From Hydrolagus affinis (taxonomy: Eukaryota), in NCBI GenBank assembly GCA_012026655.1, contig JAAILG010000047.1, positions 62,001-126,000 on the forward strand: 64,000 bases of DNA, given 5' to 3'. Positions 10,401-22,751 of the stretch are shown here, piece by piece. The notes beneath the pieces are model-generated. The model worked only from the letters and a program-made list of their open reading frames with translations, did no database searches and was not told the DNA's origin. How positions within the stretch are numbered: the stretch's first letter is position 1; each line of letters opens with the position of its first letter. Both the position numbers and the translations under genes were made by a program.

Positions 10401-11678
10401 TTGCCGGCTGCAGGTCCAGCTCTGGTCAATCTCTCTCTCTTTCTCTCAAACCCAGAGAAACACTGACTGTGAACCTTGCCCACTCAATCACGTGCCCTTT
10501 GGTCACACGAAAAACAGGAACATTGACTGATTTTTTTCCCCCCGCAGTGTTGTGGAATCAAGTCACACAGGGAAGTTTAATTAAGCTCCACAGACTGGGA
10601 AACGATAGGGTCCATTGTATTTGTCCTACCCAAATTGGCCATTATTGCTTCCTCTGAAAATTACAAGGAAACAATTGAAAGCTATGGCATGCTGTTTAGT
10701 CTTTAAACAGTAATCCTAATAATCCTTGGTTTTTTTTTTTGGCACAGTGCCTTAGTCTATGAGGCATCTCAAAAGCACTTCCCAGAAGATACCGCAAATT
10801 GATTTGACTGTAAATCTTGTGGGGGTGGGGGTTTCAAAATGATAAGGTTTTATTTTCCTTTCGAAATGATACGGTTTGAGTTTTTTTCCCGTCCCCCATC
10901 AAAAAAAAACAAAGTAAAAATAAATATTTTACCAAATAGCAGTGGAGTGGGAGCTTGGTTGAATTAGTAGCGCTCTGGCTTTTGGGGGCAAAGAAATGCG
11001 GGTTTGAAATGACACATTTGGGGGCTGGAGTCCAAATTCAGTCCTTCTGATGCCTGATTGTTCAGCGCCTTGGGATGTCTTCTCGATGTGAAAAGCGCTT
11101 TACCAATGCAATTTTGTTGTTGTTCCTGTTCAGAGGGTGTAAAATCGCTAGGTTTGCTATGACACAGTTTCAAAAGGGAAGTGAGTTTCCGTCCGTGTCC
11201 TGGCCCTGTGTTCAATTCAATTCGTCGTTCGCCTCATGCCTACCCCAACACTCCCTGCCGTCAATCATACCTGATCCCAAACTCCTGCTCAGTGCAAATC
11301 CCTGACTGTTCAGTGCCTTGGGACATCTGCCCGACATGAAAAGCGCTGTACAAATGTAATTTGTTTATTGCTGTTGCCTGCATGTCAGAGTCTGCAGGCA
11401 ATCATTATTATGATTGGCGTGATGTCTTTGAGATATGCGATTAAAACGTTTACGTTTTTATCATGTCTTATGCAGTTAATTGTTCACATGATGGAAAAAA
11501 ACATCTTTTTTTGCAGTTCATTTCCTGGAACAGGATGTTCTGATCAGGCTCAATTGCATTAAAACTAGTAAAATACAAGAAGCTTGATGAGAACTGTCAA
11601 ATCTCTTGGACAGGAAACCAGAATACACTCTAATACTCAAGTGAGAATAGTGAATGAAGTTTTTTTTTTGAGGAACAG

Positions 11679-11835
11679 GTTTACTTTAGGATTATATACA
11701 CTGAGATAGCCCAATGAGTGAAGGATTGCTGTATAAATATAAGTTGTATCGTGAACTTGTAATTCAGCAATTGTAGAGTATACAGCAACCCTTCACTCAT
11801 TGGGCTATCTCAGTGTATATAATCCTAAAGTAAAC
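11679..11835. repeat. Near-perfect inverted repeat, 57-bp arms, 43-nt spacer
   Basis: 11679-11735 is the reverse complement of 11779-11835 with one mismatch. Confidence 0.95.
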
Positions 11836-14351
11836 TTTTTGCACTTTACGCAATCATTGCTAACTGTCTGGAGTTTTGTACTGTTTGTAATTATTGACCG
11901 ACATGAAATTATGTTTAATTACAGACTGGTAACAGAAATGCAATACTTTTATACGTACACCCGATTAAATATAGCAAGAAGAATATGGAGTATACACAAG
12001 AGGAGATTACATCAGCAAAAAAAAAAATTCCTCTTTAAAACCTTGTTTCCCTCTAACATACAAGTAACATTTGAATTCTGGCTAGATCAGACACTTTACA
12101 TATATGGCTCTTTGATTTTAAAAATAGAAACCACCATTTAAACAGAGTAAGTAGCATGAGCAATGCTGCTCAAATTGCCCACGGGTGAACAATGTGCAAT
12201 TTGAGGAACTGGTTGTGGTGAAATTAAACCAATACAAGAAGGTGAATAGAAGAGTTAAAACTATCTAAAAATTTAAGCGGACTTAAGCTTCTCTAAAACA
12301 AATATTTAATTTTTTTTTTTAAAAAGTGTATGAAGAACATTTTATGTAGGTTAAATATGTGGATTTAGCCACAGAATTAAACAACAATATTTACATTTGA
12401 TTGTGGGCCTTGAACCCATAGCTTTCTGTCTCAGTGGAGAATGCTGCCAACTGATGTTTGATTGCATCTTTCCACAACACTGCAAAGAATACATCTCATC
12501 TATGCTGAACAGAATTTGCATTTTTTTTAAATTTTTTTAATTTTTTTTTTTTTTTTTTCTACACAGTACATTTGTACTTGTGTTCTGAAAGCTTTTTTTT
12601 AAACAAAAAGCCAAAAAGGACTGGAGCCATTTTCTAACCACATAATTTAATGGCAAACAAGCATTGAAAACAAGTCAGATATCTCATTGGGTTGGTATAA
12701 TTTGACATATAGTCATCTTAGATTGACAATAAAGATGGGCTGGGGGTTAAAAAAACAGCAATTATGCCAATTATGGGTGAACTTTAAAAAAGTGTTCTGA
12801 AGTATTACAGTGTGTGAGCCTATCCTTACTGGAGTCAGTAAGGATGTGCCCATCACACAAGCACATATTCCCAATTGCTCTTATGATCGTACCTATCTTG
12901 CTCAGCAGGGAAGCAAGAGGTTTGGGACAAGCTTCAGTCAAACAAAATCTGTTGTCAAGTCAATTTAACATTAACATGACCAGCTATTGGACAGATTAGT
13001 TTTATCGCATTACTTAGAGGCCTCAGTAAAGCTGCATGCAACATAGCGCAGAACCAATGGTTGTTCACAGAATGAATGCTTGTTTTCTGCCTGTCAAATG
13101 TTCCTGCTTCTCACTCTGTCTATATGGTTCTATTATAAAACAAAGTTCATCAGATAATTACCAGGGAGAGAAAATCCAGAATACAAGATAGAATTCTACA
13201 TTTGCATTATAGGGTGTAAAACCCTCTTTTGTTTAAAAAAAACTGCTGTATGATTTCAGTACTGCACATAAAATCTTTGAAACTTAAAAATAAAGTAATT
13301 ATGGGCAGGATATGCGTTCACAACTAGGAAGGATAAAGGTTACCTTCTGTGGTGGGCACTACAGTTGGTACACACACGTGTTTCAGCAACTGCAATTTCA
13401 GTATAAAAATAATCCTTCCTCCATAGATTGGAGGAAATGGACAGTGCTAATAAAATATTACAGCTCCTTGAACAGAACCCATTTAAGAATTACATATTCA
13501 ATTGCAGGAAAGAACAGGTTACAACTAGTATTTCAGGTGACCACTCCTAAGTTAACAATTCTACTTTAAAAGTGTAATTCAATTTTGAAGGTTGATAAGC
13601 AGCTGGTTGATGCAGTTAGGAGCAGGTTTATTGCTTGTACTTCCTCAAATTTAAAAATACTGTAGATCAGAAAGATCGTGACAAAGATTTTTCATGGTCA
13701 AGTAATTCCTGTCTATAGCCAATCATTACTTTCATATTTAGAAAGACCTCCAAAAAGGAGTTGAAAATCCAAAGTTGAGTGAAGCAAGCAAAATGTTTTC
13801 TCAAGAGATCCTTTCAGCTCAGGGAATTAGAAACGGAAGTGGGAATAAACAGAAGCAGTTTGAATCATTCACATGTGATCATCAAAACTTAAAATTAGCT
13901 CAGCCCTTCAACAACCCTTCTGTTATTCATTGCATATGCTGTAGTTACACTTGACATGTACCATAAGACAGAAAAGTTATGAGAGCTGTAACAGCCGCCC
14001 AATTCGTTTTCCATAGATGGTAGAACTGAAAGTACTAATATTGGTATGAATTTATGGTGATCTGTAAATATTAACGCTTAAGTGACTGAGCACAAGGAGG
14101 GGAATGGGTGTTTTTTGGTACAACAAGGCGAGTTATTCGTAATTTAAAAAGAACATCTGTTAATGACAGTGATATACTGTACTTAAGCTTCCAAAAATTT
14201 TAATTTTAAAAATATGCAACTTTTCCCACTACATTAATTTTGCAAAAAGGATCATTTCAATTTACTTGATGCCCCATTGCTTATTTCCACACACTTCCTT
14301 ATTTCCACACACTTTGTGAATTGCAATACATTTTTTAAAAATCAGCACTGT

Positions 14352-14612
14352 AACAACAACAACAACAAAATTGCACTTATATAGCACCTTTCACGTCAGG
14401 AGGTCGTCCCAAAGTGCTGAACAGTCAGGTCAGGACCCGAGCGGGGGGAGGGAGGGTCGGTGTAGGGGGAAGGGGAAGGGGAAGGAGAGAGGGAGAGGGG
14501 GAAGAGTTAGCGGGGCAGCCGACGGCGCGGTCGAAGAGGAAGGCCTTGAGACCGGCCTTGAAGGAGGAAAGGGAGGAAGCAAGGCGGAGGTTGCTGCGGG
14601 ATGGAGTTCCAC
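14352..14612 (-). mobile_element. L2 LINE 3' fragment
   Basis: LRLASSLSSFKAGLKAFLF, C-rich UTR, tail and (TTG)n. Confidence 0.88.
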
Positions 14613-15473
14613 AGTAACATTCTACTTGAACATAGAAATCATTCAAACATGTGGAGAATAATTAATTTCACATCTGGGGATTAAGATCATTTAAGATTTA
14701 TTTTACATTATTTATGAATCATGAAATAAATCAGTTTGTTAATATAAATCTTTTTAGCACTGGTCCAAGTTTAACTATTTGTTTCAAATCCTTCATTGTT
14801 ATGGTCAGGTATACATGAATGAAACATTCAAAGTTACCTGTTGATATTTCGGAATGCATTTAAGTTTATTGTTATACAGTATTCTGAATTTGTAAGATTC
14901 GCCATTTGATGAGTTTAAAGGAGTGATACAACTAAAAATGCTATTCCACAGCGAGACGTTTCAGCAACTGATGATGCCTTGAAATTTCATTGCAACATTT
15001 TTCAGAAAATAACTCAACTGGCTTATTGCTCTGTTTAATTTTATTTGATAAACAAACATGCATTTCTTAATTCTGCTACTGGTAAAAACCAGTCTAAAAA
15101 GATCAGAATAAATAATTTTGACCCAAGCCACAACATATGTAAAAGCCCAACCCGAATATAAAGCTAGTGCAGTGCAATATTAGTCTCAAGCAGAAATGGT
15201 ATAACAGTACATGGTTAGTATAAGGAAATGCTTATTCTGTCATCATAGCCAAATATGGCATCACCGTGGACCACACCAGCTTGGTTGACATATCTAGGTT
15301 ACTTCACGGTTGGATTAATACTTGAGAACCACTATTTATCCTCAGCGCAGGTTTGTTATCCAGTTCAAATTAGAGCATGTGACAGCAAGCACTTCAAATG
15401 CTTCATTTCCACAAGGAAGGAAGACAAACAAATGTTTCAAACAGTACAAGAAGTCAAGATTTCCTTCTCCCAT

Positions 15474-15507
15474 TCAGTTGCACGGCCCACTTTCCATTTT
15501 GTTGAAC
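15474..15507 (-). CDS. MCOLN3: Putative extra terminal MCOLN3 exon ([10 protein letters not shown])
   Basis: Acceptor ttgtttttatag|G is phase-compatible with the 15732 donor; TGA at 15476-15474. Confidence 0.55.
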
Positions 15508-18500
15508 CTATAAAAACAATAAATCTTTGTCAGTTTCATTCAAATGCACCAATTATATTTCAATGCTTCAAAACTATCGAAACATTTTCCATTGTAAACA
15601 TTGATGTCATCAAAATGTAATGAGTTTCAGCTTATGATTTAAAAAATTATATTAGACATCCTTGCATTAGAAACCATTATTTAATAAAAGATATATGCAA
15701 CTCAGCCTATACATTAATTCCAGACACTGACCCATTACAACAGCAATAGAGAGATATAGGCACATCCTCCTGTAGTCTGAATCTGCCAGAATCTGGTAGA
15801 TCTTTGCATTCTCCCATAAAAGTATGTAAATCAGACTGCGGAAAGCCATCACGTTGGTAAAGCTGAAATAAACAAAATCACAGCAAGTGTTGTTCAATAA
15901 TCTAGTAAAGATTACTGAACAAATCTGATGGTTTTAAGTACAATGTTGCCATCAATTTCACCAGAAATTATTTTACCAGAAATTTTATTATTTCAGAATA
16001 AAACTGCAATCATAATACAGTACAACAACATAATTGCTCTATACTACACAAGCAAACAAAATTTAAAAGGTATTTTAAAATGGTACATTTGCTAAGTGCC
16101 ACGTTTAAACATGTAGACGGTTTAGAATAAACATAAAGAATAATTTGTTAAGCATAATGAACTGCTATATCCAAAATGTCAATATACCTGCAGAGTTTGT
16201 AAAGGCCCTAGAATAATGGTTGATATCGGAACACTTACAAAAAAACTAGTATCACATTGGAATAAGGTGATAAGTATTTACCTTTATAGTTTCATATGCG
16301 TCGGTGATGAGAGCAATAAAGAGGCTCAAAACCATATAAATAAAGAGACTGATGAAGGTGGACAGGTAGATCCTACTGAACAGCCACACAAGGTAGTTTT
16401 TATCTTGCATTGCTGCAAATGTTGCAAACATGTCATCTCCATTGATTAGAGAGAAAAGACATTCGGAGACCACATTCAGAGAGCGAAACTGGAGTAAAAG
16501 AGTTGCATTTTAATTAACATTAGCAGAACTGTTCAAATATTTTAAACAAATCGAATAAAAGTTTTATTGCAGACAGTTTATAATGATCTGCACTTTTATA
16601 CTGGAGTTCCAGAATATGATTTGATGTTTTCATGCTTCTCTAAAATTTTGTGAGTACAGAAAACATCTTAACTATCTAATGCGATGAACGATCAATGAGC
16701 AGGTACAGACAAAATTAAAACCCCTTAATTTACTTACACTGAACAACCATACTAAGACACATGCACTTTTATTTCCAATTCCCAAATACAACATGGGGTA
16801 CTGAAAGAACAGTTATGTATTGGTGTACCTTTTCATGGTAAGGTCCCAATACGATCCATCCACAGAAACAGTAACCCAAATAAATCATAGCTGCACAGCA
16901 GCAAAATCGAATGACGTTAGGAAAAGCTGCTCGAAGTGTTAATATAAGCACCTTTAACAAAAATTGTGAAGAGTTATTTCATGAATTAAATACAACAAGT
17001 GTTTAAGATAAAATAAAAAAGACCAGACGAGCAGTACGGAGTTCCTTTGTATGTCTTACATTGTACTTTTCGAAAAAGCCGAAGTAGCGGATGACTCCAA
17101 CCCAAACAAGCAAAGTTGATGTCCCCAGCAATATACTGCAAACGTCATAAGACACAAGACTCTGCAAGAAAGGAAAATTAGTCTTAATCTCATTTAGAAC
17201 ATTTGATTCTATGGAAGAATTTACAGCTTTGTAAATAAGTGAAACAATCCACACATTTACCAATCGCAAGACATACGACAACACTTACATAGTGGTTTTA
17301 TGCAATTGACACAATTTCATTCTCTCATACAATTTTTGAACAATGATGCCTCTGGTCCAGGAAAGGGATGATTAACAGTTCATATTAGCTTCAAGTATGG
17401 TTTCAAGATTATGTTTTGCACGAATATACTATTTGTAGGAGTTAAGAATATTAAAGGAATCCCCTCTTTGAACTCGCTAAAAATATATTTATTTAAATTA
17501 GCAGTAGATTTCCTCCCCCACCCCCGCAGATTCACCTACAATATTAGTTCATCGTTCACCAATATTATGTGGACTCACCTTTGCCTCTATTTCTATTTTT
17601 AGTACAGATCCAGTAATTGTCAATAAGTCACTAATGATGATCAAAATGTACCAGCCATTCACAAATTCCATCCGTTCAGACCAGGTCACATTCTTATTGT
17701 AACGGAGGACGAAAAAGTAAGCAAACTCCTGTAAAGTGGTAAAAATTAGAAATAAACAAAAAAAGTTACTGGTAAATTTACTTAATCCACATTACTAGTC
17801 ATCAAATACATTTAGTACCATACATACTTGTTGCAGCTTTATTCCCTTGATAACAGAACGGGTGCAGAGAATTAGTGATGTCAAACAAACCAGAATGATA
17901 AAGGCATCAAAGATCATCATATAGTTACTTTTCCTTTGTGCTTGGGACGGGAAAGGGAAAGAAAATAAAAAGTTATTAACAATGCAGGACAAAGGTAGAC
18001 TCTACCGGCAATCAGTTCACATTTTACAAAAGCTCCCATGCACCATCTAGTGGACAAACAAAAGTACTTTAGATTAAACCACTATGTATAAACTCAATAA
18101 TGTCAAAAGAACAATTCCCAAAACGTAGGAAATCACATGCGGGGAGGAGGAAAGAAGGGCAATAAAGATAAATCAATTCAGGTCAAATAAAGAGGTGCAC
18201 AGGAATCAAATAAAAACTCAATGGTCACTCTACCATAGCACATACATTTCCCCCCTTGAAAGACTCGTGTTACCATACAACGTAGTTACGTCAAAACTGT
18301 GAGGTTGAATCTTTGTTATGACACAGACACCAATTCTGAACAGCCAGTTAAAGAAAAATTTCAAGCTGTAAAACTGAAACACTACATACGATAACGTCCA
18401 AAAAAAAACACAGGCCTAGATTAGATGGTGCAGTGTGCTTATTGTACTCTTTAATCTCCCAATTCAAGAAAGACAGAAAAATACTTACCAGCTCCAGCTA

Positions 18501-21328
18501 TGTGCCAGCCTCGACATTCCCTTATGGAAACACCATTGTCCAAATTGATTTCAATTCTTCCACTGTGTGCTTTATTGTCAAATGTAATCTAAGGAAACAA
18601 AAATACTAACTCGTGCAAATCCGGAGATCCAAACTAAATCCAATTCTGTGAGCACTCATTTACAAACCGAGATTTCAACTCCACTATTAATAATCCTTTA
18701 CCCATGCAAGAAATCTTACCCATTTACCATAATGCTAAAATCATAACAGTCTGGCAGTTCATGGCGGCGGATTGTTTGCAGGTTGATTGCCTTCAGCTTA
18801 AATCCAACTTGCACCATCAAGAGCCTACAAGCATATGTGAAAAAGCATCACGTTTAACCCCCACCACCCAAACTTAAGATCCAAATACAAAGTTTATTTC
18901 AAAAGTCATCACATTTTTTTAAAAAAAAGCACCTGTGGAAGTCCAGTGTCAAATTCAACTCCTCATTCAAAGAACTGTTATGCATGGGCACCAATGGCAC
19001 AATATTAAAGCAATCTGTTACGAAAGAACACATTACATCAATCAATCAATTAATCACCCCCTCCCTGGCCTTCTTCAAATCGCGCCTCAAATCGCATCCT
19101 CTTCGACAGTCTCATTGGTCACCCCAAATCCCCCCCTTTCCCTCCACCTTCCCCATCCCCGTCCCCAGCTCGGATCTGAAACATTGGCTGTCTGGCGCAT
19201 TGACTGTCCAGCGTCCTCTTGAAGTGAAAGGCGCTATACAAGTGTAATTTTGTTGTTGTAAAAGTATTGCATTGGTAGGAACATTTTGGATTATTTTCAT
19301 TTCTACAAGGAGCACAAAAAGTGGCAATAGGCAAATGAATTGGAAATCTTTAAGCAAATATGCGCTCTGAGACGCCGTCCGGCGTGGAGGGCGCTATATA
19401 ATTCGAAGTTGTTGTTGTAATTAAAGAGGGTGAATGCATTTAATAAAATACTTTTAAAGCTCATGGAACTAACGACAAATTAGTTGGTTGGATTGAAAAC
19501 TCATTTCGCTTATATACAGCAGACGCCTTGGGACGTCCTCTCAATGTGAAAGACGCTATATAAATGTAAGTTTTGATTGATTGAAGTTGACAATGAATTT
19601 AGAAGGGTAGAAGCCGAGTAGAATAATTTGGTTTTATCCACATGAATCTATTCCTATTTATATATAGTGTAAACAATGCAAGTTATAATTACAGAAAATT
19701 CCTGTTAAATCCACAAAATGTTAGCTGCAGGAAAGACTACTTTGAGGGTCTGTGCAGAGGGGAGAAAAGAACAGAACTCCAATTTGCAAGGACATCAAAC
19801 CATTACTCCCCAAATTCTATACACACAAATATATGCTTGGTTACCTACCAGTCTCAATCTTTGGATCAATATTAAAAGTCTCATTTCCGGGGCTAACACT
19901 TCCCCTCTTGTAAAAGTACTGACAGACTGTTAAAGGTGTCACATGACTCCCTCTCCTCTCATAAGCATGATTGCCAACAGATATCTTGTGCAATTGCATG
20001 TACTAAACAAAAGTAAAGCATTAGTTTGCAGCTGGTCACTGCACATTAAATTAATGCATCTAAAAAATTATTTAGCTTCCTTTACCATGGTTTACATTAA
20101 TTCCAAGATCTATTTCCGAACAGCTGAGGTAGATTACAATCCATCTTAAATAAAAACTTTTGAATGCTGTATATATATTAATTATGCTGAAATTGTCAAT
20201 TTTTAGGGTTTTTTAAGGTTGCATTACTTGAAATTTTTTTATTAAACAGTTTCATTTTTCACGAAAATATTTCAAACTATTCTTCAAAATAGTTACAGAA
20301 TTTAAACCTTTATTTTTTTATAAATAACTGGCTGGAATCTAATTTAAAACTGACTATTCTCTTCATGATAACATTCACACAAATTACATGCCATACGTTT
20401 GTATTATAGTGTGGGAAAACAGGATTGAGTAGAATCTAATCAACAGGGAAACCTGTTGAGACATGCATTGAAATAAAATGATTCACGCACCTGATTGATT
20501 ATAAAAGAAAGATATTCGTAGACATCGTGCTGAGTGTATACAACACAGTCGTTATTAGCGCCATCAGATTTATCTACATAGTCTTTCAGAAAGAGATGCT
20601 TAAAAGCTATAGTGTTCTCCTGTTTGAAGAGGACCACCATTTGATTGCTCAATCCGAATAGAACTAACTGAAAACAAGACAAATACATTGTTTATTATAA
20701 GTACATATAACAAAAACGGATTGAAGGGCAAATATGTAAACTTTTGAAGCATCAGAAAGATTGACTTCAGACTAAAAAAAACATTGCAGTTAATGTGAGG
20801 GTTACATTCTTGTATATGTTCGAGTGTAACTGTAAGTAGCTATATATACGTATATTTTATTATTATTTTAATAAAGCTCTTTATTTAACAAAAGCATATT
20901 AAATAGTATATCGAACCAAATATTTAACCTTGGGAGGGTTTTTAAACCTATGTAAAATATAAGACCTATGGAGTTTAAATAGAGATTTAAAATTTTCACA
21001 AGTTTGACTGACACTTAAGACCAGCAATAAACTTTTTCTTTCAGGCCTTCATTTGACTTTGGTAAATGTAACTGAATGTATACACATGGATAGTCTTGGA
21101 TTTTACCTGAAGAGTGACCATAGCTATCTTTAGGATCTGGACTCCCAGCTTCCACGGTTTGCGACCACGAGCTCGAAACTTTTCGCATGGATTCATAAAA
21201 AAGAATTTCAGTTTTCTTCTAAGCTGATCCTCAAAAGAAGGGTCACACAGGAAATTATCGTGTTTCTCGAACAGTGAAGGTTTAACCTCATCAGGGGTCG
21301 AGTTGATGATCAATTCTGGATTTGCCAT
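15474..21328 (-). CDS. MCOLN3: Mucolipin-3 (TRPML3), spliced gene with 12-13 coding exons, 560-563 aa
   Basis: In-frame GT-AG exon chain. TRPML3-type sequence: [85 protein letters not shown]. Confidence 0.95.
15732..15862 (-). CDS. MCOLN3: MCOLN3 exon ([12 protein letters not shown]...[10 protein letters not shown]); runs to TAG at 15707 if the donor is not used
   Basis: Acceptor tttcag| at 15862; donor GG|gtcagt at 15732. Confidence 0.88.
16282..16488 (-). CDS. MCOLN3: MCOLN3 exon, pore and S6 ([21 protein letters not shown]...ITDAYETIK)
   Basis: 207 nt, ctccag|...|gtaaat. Confidence 0.95.
16829..16951 (-). CDS. MCOLN3: MCOLN3 exon, S5 ([22 protein letters not shown]...GPYHEK)
   Basis: 123 nt, ttaaag|...|gtacac. 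Confidence 0.95.
17060..17161 (-). CDS. MCOLN3: MCOLN3 exon, S4 ([34 protein letters not shown])
   Basis: 102 nt, ttgcag|...|gtaaga. Confidence 0.95.
17579..17728 (-). CDS. MCOLN3: MCOLN3 exon, S3 (EFAYFF...[15 protein letters not shown]...IEIEAK)
   Basis: 150 nt, ttacag|...|gtgagt. Confidence 0.95.
17828..17940 (-). CDS. MCOLN3: MCOLN3 exon, S2 ([13 protein letters not shown]...GIKLQQ)
   Basis: 113 nt, cccaag|...|gtatgt. Confidence 0.93.
18489..18588 (-). CDS. MCOLN3: MCOLN3 exon ([12 protein letters not shown]...[10 protein letters not shown])
   Basis: 100 nt, ccttag|...|gtaagt. Confidence 0.95.
18728..18824 (-). CDS. MCOLN3: MCOLN3 exon ([17 protein letters not shown]...[11 protein letters not shown])
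   Basis: 97 nt, ttgtag|...|gtaaat. Confidence 0.94.
18933..19014 (-). CDS. MCOLN3: MCOLN3 exon (DCFNIVP...LNLTLDFHR)
   Basis: 82 nt, taacag|...|gtgctt, phase 1 to 2. Confidence 0.93.
19058..19259 (+). mobile_element. L2 LINE 3' fragment
   Basis: [13 protein letters not shown]-rich UTR, tail. Confidence 0.85.
19849..20002 (-). CDS. MCOLN3: MCOLN3 exon ([15 protein letters not shown]...[14 protein letters not shown])
   Basis: 154 nt, gtttag|...|gtaggt. Confidence 0.94.
20491..20667 (-). CDS. MCOLN3: MCOLN3 exon ([12 protein letters not shown]...FIINQ)
   Basis: 177 nt, tttcag|...|gtgcgt. Confidence 0.94.
20801..20946. repeat. AT-rich element, inverted copy of about 21890-22050
   Basis: Shared core ttttaataaagctctttattta.caaaagcatatt and gttacattc..gtatatgttc..agtgtaactgtaagta. 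Confidence 0.85.
21107..21328 (-). CDS. MCOLN3: MCOLN3 first coding exon (MANPELIIN...KIAMVTLQ)
   Basis: Acceptor ctccag|AAATG at 21330, ATG at 21328, donor |gtaaaa. Confidence 0.93.
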
Positions 21329-21889
21329 TTCTGGAGAAACAGATACATGGATTAGAATGCCATAAGAAGAAGAAACCAAATTCAATTAGAAAATGTGAGT
21401 GGAATTCCACACGGTTCACAGAGAATGTTACAGCCCAGAAACAGAATATTTAGCCCATCCACGCACATGACATTCGTGAAGAATGATTATGTCATTTGCA
21501 GGCAATCCGCATTAACTATTTGTGTGAGTTTCCAATGGTTTGGGAAATAATTTGATCAAAGCTATAGAGAAAGTTTCATTAAATGAACTAATGTGTTAAA
21601 TCCAAGGAAAGCAAGAAAAGTTCAGATGAATATGTCTCAAGGAACATCATTATTTCAAAATACCAAACTTTTGTTTGTTACTATACAAGTTAGCTTTATA
21701 CAATATTAATAAGACTGTTCAACACAATCAAATAAATATGAACTGATTTATTATTCAAGGTCACAGAATATGCTATTATGAGGATTCCCAGACTTCTTAG
21801 AAAAGGTACCACAAATATTTTTTTAAAATCAAGCTAAATGTTCTTTAGTGAAGTAGTCTCGAATCTCATTTTGCAAAATTTAAACCTGG

Positions 21890-22050
21890 CATTTAAAACC
21901 CTCATGGAAAGTTGTTAAATCATGCAGTTAAATAGTTGGCTTTGACATACTAATAAATATGCTTTTGATAAATAAAGAGCTTTATTAAAATGGTAAATAT
22001 ATATATATAGTTACTTACAGTTACACTAGGAACATATACTCGAATGTAAC
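21890..22050. repeat. AT-rich element, inverted copy of about 20801-20946
   Basis: Reverse complement aligns at roughly 80% by eye. Confidence 0.85.
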
Positions 22051-22751
22051 AAAAGGTCACAGAAGATGAAATGATGAGGATTCCCAGACCACATAACAAA
22101 AAGGGAAACACAAGTACTCTATAAATTTTTAAATGTTATTTCCTCGTCCCAGAGATAATACATTGAAATCAAGGTAGAAATCCATGACGTTTTAATGTGC
22201 AGTACAGCACTTTCTAACCAGCCAGAGTGTGTTTCAAACTTAATTGATTTACTCCAGTTAAAGGGAATTTTCCAGGGTCAGTTCTATATTATTGCTACAC
22301 TCAGGATTTTTTTTAAAAAAAGGTAAAACACACACCTGGGAAAGGGCAAACTTAAACAGTGTGTCCCTATCTTTAATTTTTTTTTAGAAAAGAGAGAGAC
22401 TTTTAAAAAAAATCATGTGATCTTCCTCTGTAAGAAACCAGTGGTTTAAAAATAAAACTGACCTTGTTGTGTTTTATCGGAGGCTGACGAATGCACAAAT
22501 AAAAGCTGCATCTCACGCACAGAGGACCTGGTGTGTCTCCCTGCAGTTTCCATGTCATTAATACTTAGTAACTGACCTCCAGCTAACTTAACACAAACCT
22601 CCTCCCTCCCTCCCCCCACCAGGATTTTATATCCCCCACACAAACACACACACAATTGACAATATCCCCCTTGACAATGATGGGGGTAATGAACTTGTTA
22701 GCTAAAGGCAGGTAAATTGAACCACTGTTAAGAAAGGCAATAAACACTCAC

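Noticed and set aside
14279-14315. 18-bp tandem duplication, and (TA)n microsatellites near 6017, 9688 and 45530
   Set aside because: Ordinary replication-slippage products with no sign of function.
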